From NCBI GenBank assembly GCA_028023455.1, contig JAQFVV010000008.1, positions 17,670,001-17,734,000 on the forward strand: a DNA stretch of 64,000 nt. Direction: 5' to 3'. Every line of letters begins with the position of its first letter. Position 1 is the first letter of the stretch. Made by a program: the position numbers and the translations under genes. The stretch comes from Epiperipatus broadwayi (taxonomy: Eukaryota > Animalia > Onychophora). Below the pieces are notes generated by a model, which was not told where the DNA came from, did not search any database, and worked only from the letters and a program-made list of their open reading frames with translations. Shown here in pieces: positions 24,271 through 38,539 of this stretch.

Positions 24271-26759
24271 GTCAACTAACTTGCAGACTGTAATACTATG
24301 CAGATGTAGCAATCTGATGTGGGATAATTTAATATGCTGTAATTTATTGCCCCTAATGAAACAGTCTGCAGAGACTTACCAGGCTTAGTAGGGGAAAAAG
24401 TTGCATCTAACTTTGGTCGGACTTTGAGTCTTCTGGGAGAATGCTAATGAAAACCTGATGAAATGCTTAACCAACGATTGCATACACTTTAATTGACTAA
24501 CTCTATTCCTATTTAATAATATTAGATGCAATTTAGGTTAGTTCATCCACTTTTCCCCTTTTCAGTTCCGTTATGCCCTAATATTCAAGCCCAGAGAGAA
24601 TATTGCTTTTGACTCCTTTAACAGGTATGAACAGATACACACAGCAACTCCTGCACCTATATATAGGTTACAACTAGCATTTATTATATTTGTTTTATTT
24701 TCAAGCTTTTATATGATAAGAAAAATAGATGTGTGTGCATGCATAATTGTTTATAAACTGTGGAATGTCAGGACAACTCAAAAACCCAGAGACCGGAATA
24801 ATATAAACTCTTAAACATTTATTAATAATAATAAATAACATAAAGTATAATAACAATAGTACTGATAAACAAAAAAATAAAATAATGATCATATGTACCT
24901 GTGTCACATGTGAACCTCTACCATTTTACTAATTAATGATTCTCCAGATCCAACCCTTATACCCCATAGTAGAAATCCATCTATGTCACTCATTCTTTAC
25001 AAATCATAATTATATAGAAAAATAAACTTTAGTAATTTAAGGTAATTGAGATGCTGGCTAGCTAAATTATATATTTACAGATGTTAACAATCTATTTAAC
25101 AAGTTCCTCCCAATTTATATATATGATAAAGATAGAAATTAATACTAGTTGATTAGTCAAACATACTGGAAAATATATATCCAAAGTTAATCAACAAAAT
25201 AAAACATATAATATGTATTCTGTATAAGTGTTGCAATTTAATCTATGAAAATAAATGTAGAGAATCTTACCTTACTATTTATGTGGATAACCTGATGTGA
25301 AGCAGGTGGGTTAACCTAAATTTTATTTACAATGAAAATATCAAAGTGAATAATCCCCCCTTTCTTCTTTGCTAATTCTAAAAAAATAAAACAAAAATTT
25401 ACAATGTTAATTTCTTGATTAAAAAATTGTAATTGGAACAAAGTTCATAAAAATCATCCTAATGAAAGTAGTAGTAGTTGATAGTTAGGCCAGTTGTTCT
25501 TCAAAGCAGTTTCACTTAGTAAATCATTTTCCTTAGCAAGGATAGATAGGTATAATGGTGTCTCCTGTAGTTGTGTATAGTAAACACCTTGATCCTCATT
25601 TGATTCACCATTAAGTATTCCAATGCTTGTTTACTTTGGACTGTAGGCATCTTCTTGTGTGTTTACAATAAAGTAGAAAAATAAATAAATAAACAAATAG
25701 AGGTTTAATGCAGTTGTAGGAAATAACATGATGCACAATAGCATGTTTTGCTCTAGCCCATATTCATATTAAAGTACAATTCAATAATTATTTGTAATCA
25801 TAATTTTATATTGGATAATATAGAAGCACTTTACGTATATATATATATTAAGAAAATTATTTCATTTTTCTTTCTTTTCCAATTTTCAGCAGATTAATTT
25901 TCGTTATTCTTTTTGAAAAAATTTAAAATAGTCAAAAAATTACTCCAACAACTTTTAAAACATGCTTTAATTATTACAAAATTTATCAGTTATTCTTCTT
26001 ATTTCACTTTCTTTCCTCTGAATTTGGTAAACTTTTAGTTACAGCACTTGACTTTTAAAAATGTTTATAATTTAAATAAATGAAAAAGCAAAACTCCATT
26101 TTAACGTTCTAAATTTTAGTTTTTACTGCTGTCTATTGTTATAGCTGCTATATTTTTTGACAAGAAGAACGATTTTGTAAAAAGTTTCTATTTTTATATA
26201 AAACGCTGAGAATCTCCTGAACCGCTGAGATTTTAAACTGCCTATTGTTTAAATACATTTAGATTTTTAAATGCCTATTGTTTAAATACATTTCATTTAT
26301 TACAGATAAAAAAATAAAATAATAAAATCAGTTTTATTTTCACACATGGCCACCTAACTTAACCCCAGGCCATCCCTAAATCATTTGATTATAAGTTAAT
26401 ATCCAAAAATTTGTTAAAAATATATATACGTCACAGTTTATTAATCAAATAGTTTATATATACAATATTACTTTCTAAAATATTGATCGTATTAAATTTA
26501 TTATAAAGCAATAATTTATTGTACATTATATGTATATATGTAATAATAACAAACAAATAATCTTCCCATTATTAATATAAATTCCAAATGTATTGGGTTC
26601 AATAAATAGGCTGTGCATTGTAAGCTATCCTTTACAATGTTAATATTTTTATAATGTGTTATTATAATTTGCTCTTTTTTTACTAAGAATTCATGAAAAT
26701 GAAGTTAGTTTTTATGTAGTGGCCTCCTGCTATTTGCAAAGTAGCCATGGAAAGACTAG

Positions 26760-29266
26760 TCATCCATCCATCTCAAAATAGGCTCCCATTAATGATGACC
26801 TTTTATTTACCATTCTACAACTATGGATTATTTTCAAGTTAACAAAGATTACAGGGAATTGAAAGAAAAATTGCCCAATATTAAATGTGATTTTGTTGGA
26901 CTTAGTCAAGTTAGAAGAAAAGGTGAAGAGAAAATTAATTTGAAAAGTGGGACTTTACTATAAAGGCATAAATATTGGAAGCACAAGTGGAATGCAATAT
27001 ATTTAAAATAAAAATGGAAGAACAACATCAAGGAGATTGATGGTATAGCAGATTGAGTGACAAGATTAGTAATTCAGTGTAATGGAATATGCTAAATGCA
27101 AATAATTCAGACTTATGCTCCAATAAATTCTCATTGTGATGAAAAAGTAGAGGATTTTTATATAGATATACAAACGCTTTTGATCATGCTAAGCATTGTA
27201 AAATTGTCATGAGAGATTTTAGTGCCAGAATTAGATTGAAAATGAAAGTATTGTTGGTAAATTTGGTAATGTGACAAATGTGAGAGAACATAGACTTATG
27301 GAATTTTCAGAAAAAGATAAACTATATATTACTAATATTTGCTTTAAGAAAAATGCTAAACAGAAATGGACAAGAAAATCTCTAACTGGGTATAGCAAAA
27401 TTGGATTATATTTTGAGTATCAGAAAATATGTATTTCAAGATTGGAATGTTCTTAATAATTGTCGATTACTGAGGTGAAAATTATTAAAAAGATAATATT
27501 AACAGTTGATATTCTTAATCTTCAGAAACATTACAATGAATTTAAATTAGAACCTTGCTAATCATTTAAAAAGATTGTTGGATTTTGAAATATGGTTTAA
27601 ACTTAATTGAAATCACTAAGTAGATAATCAATACTCTATTAAGAACTATAACAAAGATAGCTGGTATAAAAAGGCAACAATTCATTGATAAATTTTCAAC
27701 TGAGACAAGATAATATATGAAGAAAAAAAGAAATATGAATATATTTTAAAATATTCCATTAAGAAGAATTGTCTATCTGAAATTCTGTAAAAGCATACAA
27801 AAAAAGGGTTAATGATATGAGAAAATATAACTTTGGATTAGTAAAAAAGCTATAGAAGAGAAGATAGTTTTAAAAGTGTAAAATAATATAAAGTTATTTC
27901 AGTATTAAAAAAAGAAAAGAAAAAATGGTATTGTTATTAATAAGAGGAACAATGTCATGGACTGTATGAATTGTTTTACAAAAAAATATTAAATAACAAA
28001 GAACATCTGAATTGCTAAGCATTTTAAATGAAGAGATGGAATTTGCAATTATATCTGTGGAGACAGCTTCAGGAAATGATGGAATTATTATTGATATGTT
28101 AAAAGAAGCAGATCTAGAAAAGTTGTTGGAGACCTATATAACAAATATTTAAATGATAAACATGTATTAAATGATTGGAAGATTGCAGTTGTATTGATAT
28201 TTAAGAAAAGTGATAAAGAAGATATTAGAAATTGCAGACCTATCAGTCTTCTATCAATTTTCTACAAAATCTTTACAAGATAGTTATAACTTGTCTGCAA
28301 TGAACTTTGCATTCAAACCAACCTAAAGAATCAATGAATTTGAATTTCCATATTATGATTTGGATTTGTATATTATGAAAAGGCATTTAATTCTGTAATC
28401 ATTTTGTATAACTTTAGGTCATCAAAATATAGACCCAGGATATAATATTCTGAAGAATATTTAATTAGATTACATAGTATATAACAGGATGATTCCATAT
28501 CCAAAACTTTTTACAGCAGTTTTGCTTGAATTATTTTTTAAATTAAAATGGAAAGCTAAGGAAATAAAAATATATGGGAATTATTTAAATCATTTAGATT
28601 TTGCTGATTATATGTTGTTTTTGCAAATAAACTTCAGGGCTTCAAAAAATATTGCAAGAGTTATCAGATGAAAGTAAGAAAGTGAAACTAAAGATAAATA
28701 TTTAAAAGGCTAAAGAAAATAAAGATTGATAAATATGAATTAGAAGTCAAATACTATAAATACTTTAGTTAAATTTTTAATGCAGATAGAAACATAATGA
28801 ATGAATTGATCATATAAATAAACTTGGATGAAAGTGCTTTTAGTAAAAATAATATTAGAAAACCTATGAGTTTGAAAAGATGTTTATCAATAACTTAATA
28901 AAAGAACAATGTAGAGACTTCAGACTACTCAGCAAAATATAGATATATACGTTGGGAATAATAATAAGGGATCAGAACCAAAATACTTGGGTGAGAGAAC
29001 AAACAAGTATCCATAGAAAGAATTAAGAGAGTAAAATAGAGTTGGATTGGACATATTGCTAAAAGGAATGACAATAGATCAGTGAAGTCTTAAATTAGAT
29101 CCCAAGAGATTGTAAAAATTCTAGAAAGAGATCACATGTGAGAATGTATAAAATAAGAAAGTTTGTTGGTGTGGGATAGAGAAAAGAGATTAAGATTGCA
29201 GGAACTAGATTAAACTCTAAATTATTGTCCTGCAGCAGATCGATAATGGTTGAACATGCTGATGAT
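26760..29266 (+). mobile_element. Degraded near-full-length RTE-clade LINE (APE plus RT)
   Basis: (W)DFVGLSQVRRKGEEKINLKSG, QIIQTYAP, RPISLLSIFYKIFTR and IPYPKLFTAVLLELFFKLKW...IYGNYLNHLDFAD. The 3' end has WIGHIAKRND.R and terminates in GAACATGCTGATGAT, a typical RTE short-repeat tail. Confidence 0.85.
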
Positions 29267-30279
29267 TTTATTCAAGGTTTAAAGTAATTGTGAAATAAAT
29301 TAACTGTAAATTATTTCTGCTGTTAATTTTGAAATAAATTAACCGTAAATTATTTCTGCAGTTAATATTTTAATTTATAATTTTAAGTGATGGATTCATT
29401 GAGTTATATAGAATTTTATCACCAGTTGATTAATATAACATTATTTGTAAGTATTTATCTATCATTATTCTGTCAAGATGTCGACCAACCAGAAGAAAAA
29501 TATACGCTGTGGATGTGAAAAACAAAATTGCTTGTGGATTAATGGATTTATTATTAAAAAAGTCTTCTGATAATATGTTCTATTAATCATTGATTGAAAC
29601 AACTTATGAATAAAAAGATATTTTCTATAAATAAGAAACAGATCATCTGTATCAAAAATTATGTTATTCGTTTTGATTGTGAATTTTAGTGAAGGTAATC
29701 AATAATATTCAGTGGGTTAAGATTACAGTTTCTTATAATCGAATGAGTAATTGTAAAATCACCTGTATGTTTCTCTCTTGTATGAGGTTGGATTACTGTT
29801 GTTATCATTTCTTAATAAAGTTATTTCTAGCATCTCATATTTAGGACTATATCAGAAGTTTTAATGAGCTCCAATATAAGTCACATCATAGTGTTATGAG
29901 GCCAGTTAAAACAACCCAGAAATGAAATATGATTCATATTCAGAAATTGCAATATTTTACATTTATTCTTCTATAATATAAAATTGTTTTCTAGAAAAAT
30001 GTCATTTAACCATACACTTATACCTGTAATACCTACCAACTTCTATAATATTAGTTTGATTTGTATAACTTTTGGAGGCATTAAAATAGTTTTAATCTAC
30101 TAAATGAAAACTAGTTAGTTAAACTTACCTCACAAATATTTGTTCACCCCCCCCTCTAAACTATTATTGTAATAAGTTAGACAAAATGTCAATATACATT
30201 TGTAAATTCATTTTTATAATATAATAAGTCATACCACTTTAATGTATTCATATTTTGTTTTCCTTTTTTTTTTTTTAAG

Positions 30280-30412
30280 CATTTCATATGAAACGTTTGA
30301 TATTTTAGAAGACGAAGAAGTTAGACAAGGATTAAAAGAATATTCTAAATGGCCCACTTATCCGCAGTTATATGTTAAAGGAACATTAATTGGTGGATTA
30401 GATATTATAAAG
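30280..30412 (+). CDS. GLRX3: Glutaredoxin-3 exon, C-terminal half of last Grx domain
   Basis: Poly-T acceptor TTTTTTAAG| and donor AAG|GTATAT; 133 nt, phase 2 to phase 0. Encodes (S)[44 protein letters not shown]. Confidence 0.97.
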
Positions 30413-31970
30413 GTATATATGCTGTGTATGGAATAATGATAATTTTCTTGGTATCAAATCAAATGGAGTGTGCTCAAAAAATAAATATTTATGTACTAAT
30501 ATAAAGTAATATATGGCTTTTGTTTTAACTCTTGTTAAAATGGCATTTTTTAAAGGAAAATATGTCTGATACATCGGGGGGGGGGGGATTTTGGAGAGAT
30601 AAAAGTAAAGATTTACAAAATGTTTAATTTTTCCACTTTCAACATAACACTTAGTCTAAACTGTTTTAACGGAATGAATTGTAGTAAATTCCACAAGATT
30701 GTTGCATTTGGCAAAAAATTATTTATTCATCAGGAGAAAAAAAATAGATACGATACATTTAAAATTTGTTTTTAACTATCTAAAGTGTATATACCAGATA
30801 TTTTTAGATAGTTATTGATTTGCCATAGGATTGCAATTGGATATCATGTTTGATCAAATTATTTCAGGTGCTATTATTGGATTTCATAAAATTGTTTTTT
30901 TACAATATAACAATCTCAATCTTTTAATATTTTATCAAAAACCTATTAGAGACAAGCATTTAGAATATTTCCAGGTTTTGGTTATCTCATGAAAATGTTT
31001 TAGTGATTCATCTTAAAGATGTTCGTTAGTAACCAAAGTATATTTTTTTGAAGCATGCAATAATTTCATAAGAAGCAATAATTCATATTGTTTTCCTGGA
31101 GATTTGTGATGATGGTATTTTAGTTGTATTTATATATTGAAAGTATTTTTTTCATCTAATATTAAGTATTGAATGTCTTTAAAAAAAATTAACTTTATTT
31201 AAATATTCCAATTACATTGTGCTATTACTAACAGTTGAAGGTAATTGGAATATTTAAATAAAGTTAAATTTTTCTAAAGACATTCAGTACTTAATATTAG
31301 GTGATAGAAATAGTCCAATATATAAATACAACTAAAAAACAATAATTCATATATTGATAATATTGATTTTGTTTTTCATTAAAGTTATGTAGTAACTTTT
31401 CATTGGTATTATGGAGCCATGTTAATTGGTTGTCGTAGTTATACCAGCAAAATCATCGGACTTTGTCTGCTTATATTTAAAATATGCTTTTAGAAGTAAT
31501 TCTATATACTCTACTCCAAATCGATCTATTGTAAGCTTGATTAAGTAAACGATGGATGCTAATATTTTAATATCCACATCTTTAGATTAATTTTAGCTTA
31601 TGGTTTGCATTTAATGAAGAATTTAGAAATAATGTATTTCATATCCAATAACTACTTAAGTTAATAGCCTGAAATTCAAAAAATATTAAAATTTGATTGA
31701 ACTCCAATGTGACAATGAATTTCAATCTAGGAACCTTTAGTTTTTGAATTTATCACTATTCAGTATTAAATTACATAAGGAAAATATAGAATTATTGACT
31801 TAATATTAGATAAATATAACTTAGTTTGAGTTCAAATTATAGAATATTAATTTGATTAGTATATAAGAATTCAAAGATGGCTACTAGATGAGATGTGTAT
31901 TAGATCTAAATATCTCACTGATGAAAACCAGAAATTAGTTTGGGGATATTGATATAATAACATAATCATC

Positions 31971-32346
31971 TAATATTCATTTGATTATTTAAACTTAACA
32001 ATAGTTGATTGTAGTAAAGTAAAAAAGAATTGTCACTAGAAACAGTTTCTTTTCTAGGTTGCTATCACTGCTTAAAAAAAGTTGAATAATATATATATTA
32101 TAGAAATGGATTGGAGTAAGCTAAGTGGAAAAAATGAATAAATAGTATGAAAAATATTAATATTCATTTGATTATTTAAACTTAATAATAGTTGATTGTA
32201 GTAAAGTAAAAAAGAATTGTCACTAGAAACAGTTTCTTTTCTAGGTTGCTATCACTGCTTAAAAAAAGTTGAATAATATATATATATTATAGAAATGGAT
32301 TACAGTAAGCTAAGTGGAAAAAATGAATAAATTGTATGAAAAATAT
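31971..32346. repeat. Near-perfect tandem duplication, 187-bp period x2
   Basis: TAATATTCATTTGATT at 31971 and 32158. The copies differ by only a few substitutions and one extra TA. Confidence 0.92.
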
Positions 32347-33049
32347 AAAGAAAATATAGATCTCTATGTTGCTAAAAATCTTCATACTGTTTGTGAAGTC
32401 GATTGGAACCAGGTTTGGGGTTGCTATACTAAATTTTAAAAATAGATTTTATTGATTAAAAAAAAATTACTGTAGCATATTTGTTTAATTGCATGAAAAT
32501 AAATATACATTTGTCTTATATATATTAAAATTAATACTTACGTTTATATTGAATATTTGATTTATGGTGGAACGAGGGTTATTGAATATATAATATTGAA
32601 CCTGTACCTGAAATATAGTTTTTACTTTATCATACTTTTTTTTTTTTTTAATGCATAGAAATAAATAGGTTTCTTAGTCTTAACCCATATCAATTTTTTA
32701 TTGTTTAGAACACACTCTTCATGCTTACATATATTTGCATGCATTTATGTATACTTGCATATTCTTTTATAATGATATATGTTGTAACAGAAATGAATTA
32801 ATTTTGAGAGATCCAAAAATATTCAGCTTAAAAAAATTTTTTTTTTTATTATATATTTATATTCCATATATTTTTTTGTTCTTTTATGTGTTTTTTTTTT
32901 TACTTTATAAAGTGTCATTCATTCAGAGAAATTTTTTATCTAAAAAATTTTAACGTGATAATTAGGGGCGTGGAACAGGCAATTTTTTATATAAATTTTA
33001 ATTTTTTTTCTTCAAAATATTGCATTTAATTTGGGTTTTTTTTTTGCAG

Positions 33050-33094
33050 GAATTACAAGAAAATGGTGACCTAAAATCAACTCTTCAAGGCTGA
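33050..33094 (+). CDS. GLRX3: Glutaredoxin-3 terminal coding exon
   Basis: Acceptor TTTTTTTGCAG|, phase 0. Encodes ELQENGDLKSTLQG then TGA (33092-33094), resembling the usual GLRX3 C-terminus ELxENGEL. Confidence 0.93.
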   Translation, partial: ELQENGDLKSTLQG

Positions 33095-33134
33095 AATCTA
33101 AAACTGTATTATTTGTAAATATAATTTTTATAAC

Positions 33135-33272
33135 ATTAAACATTGTCATAATTTAGCATAGCTTTCATGTATATATATATTAAAAACTTTAAAATTGATA
33201 TTATTAGTTTTCAAAATTTAGAATTGGATGTTAATATGATTATCAGAAATATTTAATCGTATGTAAAATAAA
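33135..33272 (+). terminator. Candidate GLRX3 polyadenylation signals
   Basis: ATTAAA at 33135-33140 and AATAAA at 33267-33272, downstream of the stop. These are weak evidence in such AT-rich DNA. Confidence 0.3.
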
Positions 33273-33659
33273 TTAATTCATTATTCTACTAATATTAAAC
33301 TATTATTATAATTATTTTTGTAAATTGTTACTTCTACTTGATCTCATAGATAAAAAATTTTTCACGATTGTTTTATAATTTTTTGATTGAGTATGATGTA
33401 CATCAATAAAGATTTAAGAAAATTTGACTAATTTCTGAGTGGTATGCTAATTGTAAGAAATAAAAATAATTTCTTGAAAAAGTAAATCTGTTGAATTTTA
33501 TGCAAAGTTATCAATTCATACTACTTAGTTGAATTGTTAGAACTATTAGGCATAAATATTATTTTTTTAAAAAAAATTGGTCTTATTTTATTAATTTAAA
33601 TGTAAACTTTGGATAACCATAAATAATTTACAAGAAAATATTCACAAGTTTTTGGGAAT

Positions 33660-35150
33660 TTAATTTTACAATGAAACATAGAAAAGGAACACTGAATTCA
33701 AGTCAAAAATTCATTGAGGTTTTGGAGAAACTTTTGGGAAAATGTACTAGAAGAAGAAATGATTAAAAAAAGATTAAATCACATAAATAATATTGAAACA
33801 TATACAAGAAAAACGAATTTTGAGAAACAGAGGGAACAGTTAAAAACAATAAGTTAAAGATATGTGTGAGAAGAATTGACGAAAATGATTGGTAAATTAC
33901 TTTAAAAAACAGAAAAGTATCATGGAGAATGCAAATCATGAGAATATTTTGATAGGAAATTTGCAATCAAAATGTAAAATAAATCAAGATGAAAATCTTA
34001 AAGTATTCACTATTAAGCCTAAAATTTTAAATTGTCATAATAAGAATTCAACAAAAAATATTAATAATAGACCTTATTAATATAGCATTATCATCTTATA
34101 ATAGCGAAAATGTATACTAGAAGTTAAAAAAGCAATGAATAAATAAAAAAATATGGTTCTGAACTTGACAGAAATAGCTGAAGAAATATTCAAATACGAT
34201 TGGAAACAGTTTCCTTAAGAAATTTATACACGGTATAATATTAAAATGCAAAGAAGTTTTTATGACTAAATTAAATGGAGAGAAAATATTAATTCCTAAA
34301 TTATGAATAACTATTATAACCAGTCTATAAAATAGGGGAGGTAAACAATATGAAAATTATAGAACCATTTGCTTTGACACATAAGCAAACTGGATCTAAA
34401 AATGATAGATGAGTAATAGTTATTGAGAAAACCTGGAGAAGAGCAAAAAACGTATATTTATGCTTTGATGACTTACAGAAGACTTTTGGTACCATTAACC
34501 AAAACATAATATAATCAACATTTGAATTATAGGGAATAGATAATAAATTATTCTTAGAAAGATTATTTATGACAATTCAAAAATACTAGTGAGAATGTAA
34601 GAAACATTGTAAATTGATGTGAAATAGGAAAAGAGAAAAGGGTTTACTTTTCCAAAATATATTTGACAGGTGGAAAGTATATTTGATGGAAATAATCATT
34701 GAAGATAATAAATGCTAAAATCAAAAAAACAAGGAAATATGGTTCTTACATAAATATGGCCAAAATGAGAACAGTGAGTAATTCTTAGAAAGAAGAAAAG
34801 ATTAAAATTGATGGAACTGAACTGGACAACTTAGGAGGTTTGTACATGCTGAAAGTAAAGTCACTATTAAACTGTTAAAAAGTAATAAAAGTAGCCAAAA
34901 CAAAAACACATTTACTGTTCATGAATAGAATTTGGAAAAACTATAGATTTCAAAACAGAGGTGGATATGCAAAGTTTCTAATGTGTTATATTATAAAATA
35001 TGAATGATGACAAAGCATTTGGTTAAGAAAAGTCTTGTTATTTGAAAAGGCTGATTAACAAAAACTTGGTTGGATAAAAAATGGTTCCAATTAAAAATTG
35101 TATTAAAAAAACGAATTACAGATTTTATTGAAGAAAATCATAAGATAGAA
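33660..35150 (+). mobile_element. Degraded LINE RT relic (RTE-like)
   Basis: Remnants of KAPGxD.I.AE, ..IYK.G...NYR and EKTWRRAKNVYLCFDDLQKTF (xFxDLxKAF). Many stops. Confidence 0.55.
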
Positions 35151-36019
35151 TCTGCAACTTATAATTTAATTTATTTTTAGAAAAATTCATATTTTATTTA
35201 TGTTTTTCCAAATACATTCAGATGTGATAACACATTTTTAGTTATTGCAAACTACAACATTTTCAGTTATCGCTTGTTCAACCAATAACAATATTAAAAT
35301 GAGAATTGAATCATTGACTTTTAAATTCAAGAATACTGAATTTATAGTGACTTTAACTATACTATTGTGTCAATGGCAACAAACACTAGACATTTTATAT
35401 ACTTATCTATGAAAGTTCTCCTGATTTCTTCTTTTTTTTTTTACTTTTTAAAGGCAAGGTTAATCAATGATTTCCAAATATTGTGGATTGTTATACTAGA
35501 TAGACTTATGTAGGGTATTACCGTTATCACATGAATAGCTTCTTTTAATTTTCTTTTTGTTCATATGCTTATCTTTTCTTGATCAAACATGTTTATTGAC
35601 ACAAGCGTGACCTGCTACTTTAGATGCATTTATTTTTTCTTACTAATTATTATTTTATGTGTTCTTTTAATTTTTTTCCAATAAAATGTCTGGTTTCATA
35701 GATATATTTCCTTCCACATTTGCATAGTATTTCATACATGCAATTCTTGTTTTCAGCATTTCAAATTTAGTCTTAATAAAATTAAGATTCCTTACAGTAT
35801 GCTGTAAGTTTGAATAGCTATTATAATTTTATATTGATTACAGATTATTTTTAATTTATCTGATATTCCTAATATGTATGAATATGTTGCAGTATCTATA
35901 ATTAAATTTTTATGCCCCCCCCCCCCCCCCCCGGTTTCTTAATGATAGCTAGCTGATCATGAACCATTCTTCATGAGAATTTGTTTAGTTTAGAACTTTT
36001 ATTTTTCCAAGATCACTGG

Positions 36020-36560
36020 TTTTTCAACAAACTTCTTTTACTCTGATCCATAGTAATAATATAACTCCATGTTTTGTGTTTCTAACATGATTTGATCTGT
36101 ATGTTAAGTAATTTCTTGTGTGAGTGGATTTTCTATTGACAGTAATTTGATTTTGCCATGAGGGAGTCTTGCCACAAGAACAGTCTAATTCTGTTATGAA
36201 TTTAATTAAAGGAAATATGTTATTAATGTATATCCAGAATGTTTGTAATAGTTCCACTGGCATGTCAAAGCTAGACTTTTGGTTTGGATGGATTAGTAGT
36301 ATTCATGGAATGTAATTTCAAGTTCTTTTATGTAAATGTTGCTATTTATTCTGCCTGGTGAATCCATAGTTATACCTTGATTTTTTCCATATGTGGTTAT
36401 GGCACTATGATCCTTGATTTAGTAACATTTACTTGATAGAACTTGAAATCACAGCTGTAAATACAGTTCATCAAAAATCTAGCTACATTGATAAAATATT
36501 CACTGTATGACTAAATAGTGAAGGACTGTTGAAAACATTCTGGATGCACATCAATAACTG
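36020..36560 (-). mobile_element. Penelope-like element RT fragment
   Basis: ORF 36024-36263 (YINNIFPLIKFITELD...NRKSTHTRNYLTYRSNHVRNTKHGVI...RVKEVC) matches the PLE N.I.P.IKFTxE...YRKPTHT..YL...SNH motif. Upstream QGITMDSP resembles GxxMGSP. Confidence 0.85.
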
Positions 36561-38539
36561 TATTTCATTTAATTAAATTCACAATAAAGTTAGTTCAAAA
36601 ACAGAAATTGCCTTTTTTATTTTGTCTTAATTCCTTTATGGTAAAATCAAGTCTACTGTTTACAGAAAACCCACACACATAGGTAAATATTTGATATACA
36701 TTTAATCAAGGCAAAAATACAAAATGGAATTATATTTTCGCTATGGAACAGACAAAAAGAACTTTGTTCAGAAGTCAATGACTTGGGAAGGAAAAATCCC
36801 AGTATAGAATAAAGTCTCACAAGTTATCATTAAGAAAATCTTAACTAAGCAACAAAAAACAATAGATATTATAATGGTTTCATCCATATGTTAGACAAAT
36901 TAAAAAAAACCCTCAATCAATAAAACCTAAACTTGAAATGCTAAAAACAATTGCATCTATGAAATACTTTGTAAATGCGAAAGTTTTGCCCAATGAAAAA
37001 TGATTAAAAGAACATGTAATAATTAGAAAGAAAAAACAAATGTGTCTAGTCATGCATGTAACAATGGAATATATATTTGATTGGGAAATTACAATAATAT
37101 TAGAAAGAGAAGAAAAAGTAAAAAGAACTTTTAAAAAAGTTGTTCACATGACAGTGATAATTGACTCTATAAATCAACTTAGTGTGACAATCTGTACTAT
37201 TCATTAATTTTGTTCTTAAAAGGAAAAAAATAGAACCTTTATAGGTAAGTATATAAAAATTTCTACTTAATTTGTTGCCCTTTGACCAAACAGTTGATTC
37301 AAAATGTCACCTTAAATTCAATACTCATAAATTTAAAGGTTCCATGCTAATGCTGTCACTGATCAGGCAAGCTATATCAGAAAAAAAGAGATTACTAACC
37401 TGTGTGTTATTACTAATAGCGAAATATAATTGAAAAAGTATGAGTGAAGTTTGAATTTTTTTAAAAACATTTTTACAAGTAAAATATCATAACCACAAAT
37501 TTTCAGACAGACACTAGAAACTATAACTATTTATCCACATATTGAATGATATCTGAAACTAAAAATCATTAGTATAATTCTAAAACATGTAAAATTCAAT
37601 GTGTAATGTTTCACTTTCTTCTTGCTCATAGAATGAAAATTTTAAACAAAATATTGAAAACATTTTAAATTTAATAAGTATTAGTATATTTTTGTTTTGA
37701 ATTATTTATTTTTATCTAGCAATCTTTTTTTTTTTTTTTATTAAGTGATTTAATACTAAAGTATTTTCAAATTTGGTTTTTTTTTTTTAATGACTTGTAC
37801 ATTTTTCAAATGTTGAAATTAGTCAATTTTCATGTGTCTTTAATTTTAAAGTAAAGTAAATGATTATTTATTTAAATTAATACCAGTTGACCATCATATT
37901 GTGAAGATTTATAATTTTTTAATATAAATATTTTTCAAATTTTATGAAGTCCATTTAGATTATGTAGATCAGGACAAAATGGGATCATTTTGTCAATATT
38001 TTATTGCAAACTGAACACAATTATTTTTTGAAAATAAATATTGAATAATTGTTAATTCAAGTGAAAGAATAGCTATATATATATTATTTACATAAAAGCT
38101 AATTATATATCTGATTTAGAATTAACAATATATGCAACTATAGATTAAATAATAGCTGCAGAAAGGAATTTGCAGTTAATTGAAATTAGAAGCTTTGATT
38201 CCTCCTTGAGGTCTTGAAGGACACAAACAGGGAAAATTCCTAATGTCCAGTTGGTCCATTCATTATTATCATTACTGACATGCATCAATCAGTGTAATGA
38301 GTCTATTAATTTTTTTACTTGAGTTTAAAATCAAGGAACAGTATAGATTTTTTTCTCAGTTGCCTGATAATTCTTAAATGAAATATCAGTTGGGTTTTCT
38401 TGAAAATAGGATGAATATGTGAATGAACTTTTTTTAAAAAAAATAGTTACAATCACAACAGACAAAACTAAATTATGCCCATTATTGGCAGCATGGAAGG
38501 TGCTAAGAATAATCTCATTGCAGACCCAAGCTGCCATTT

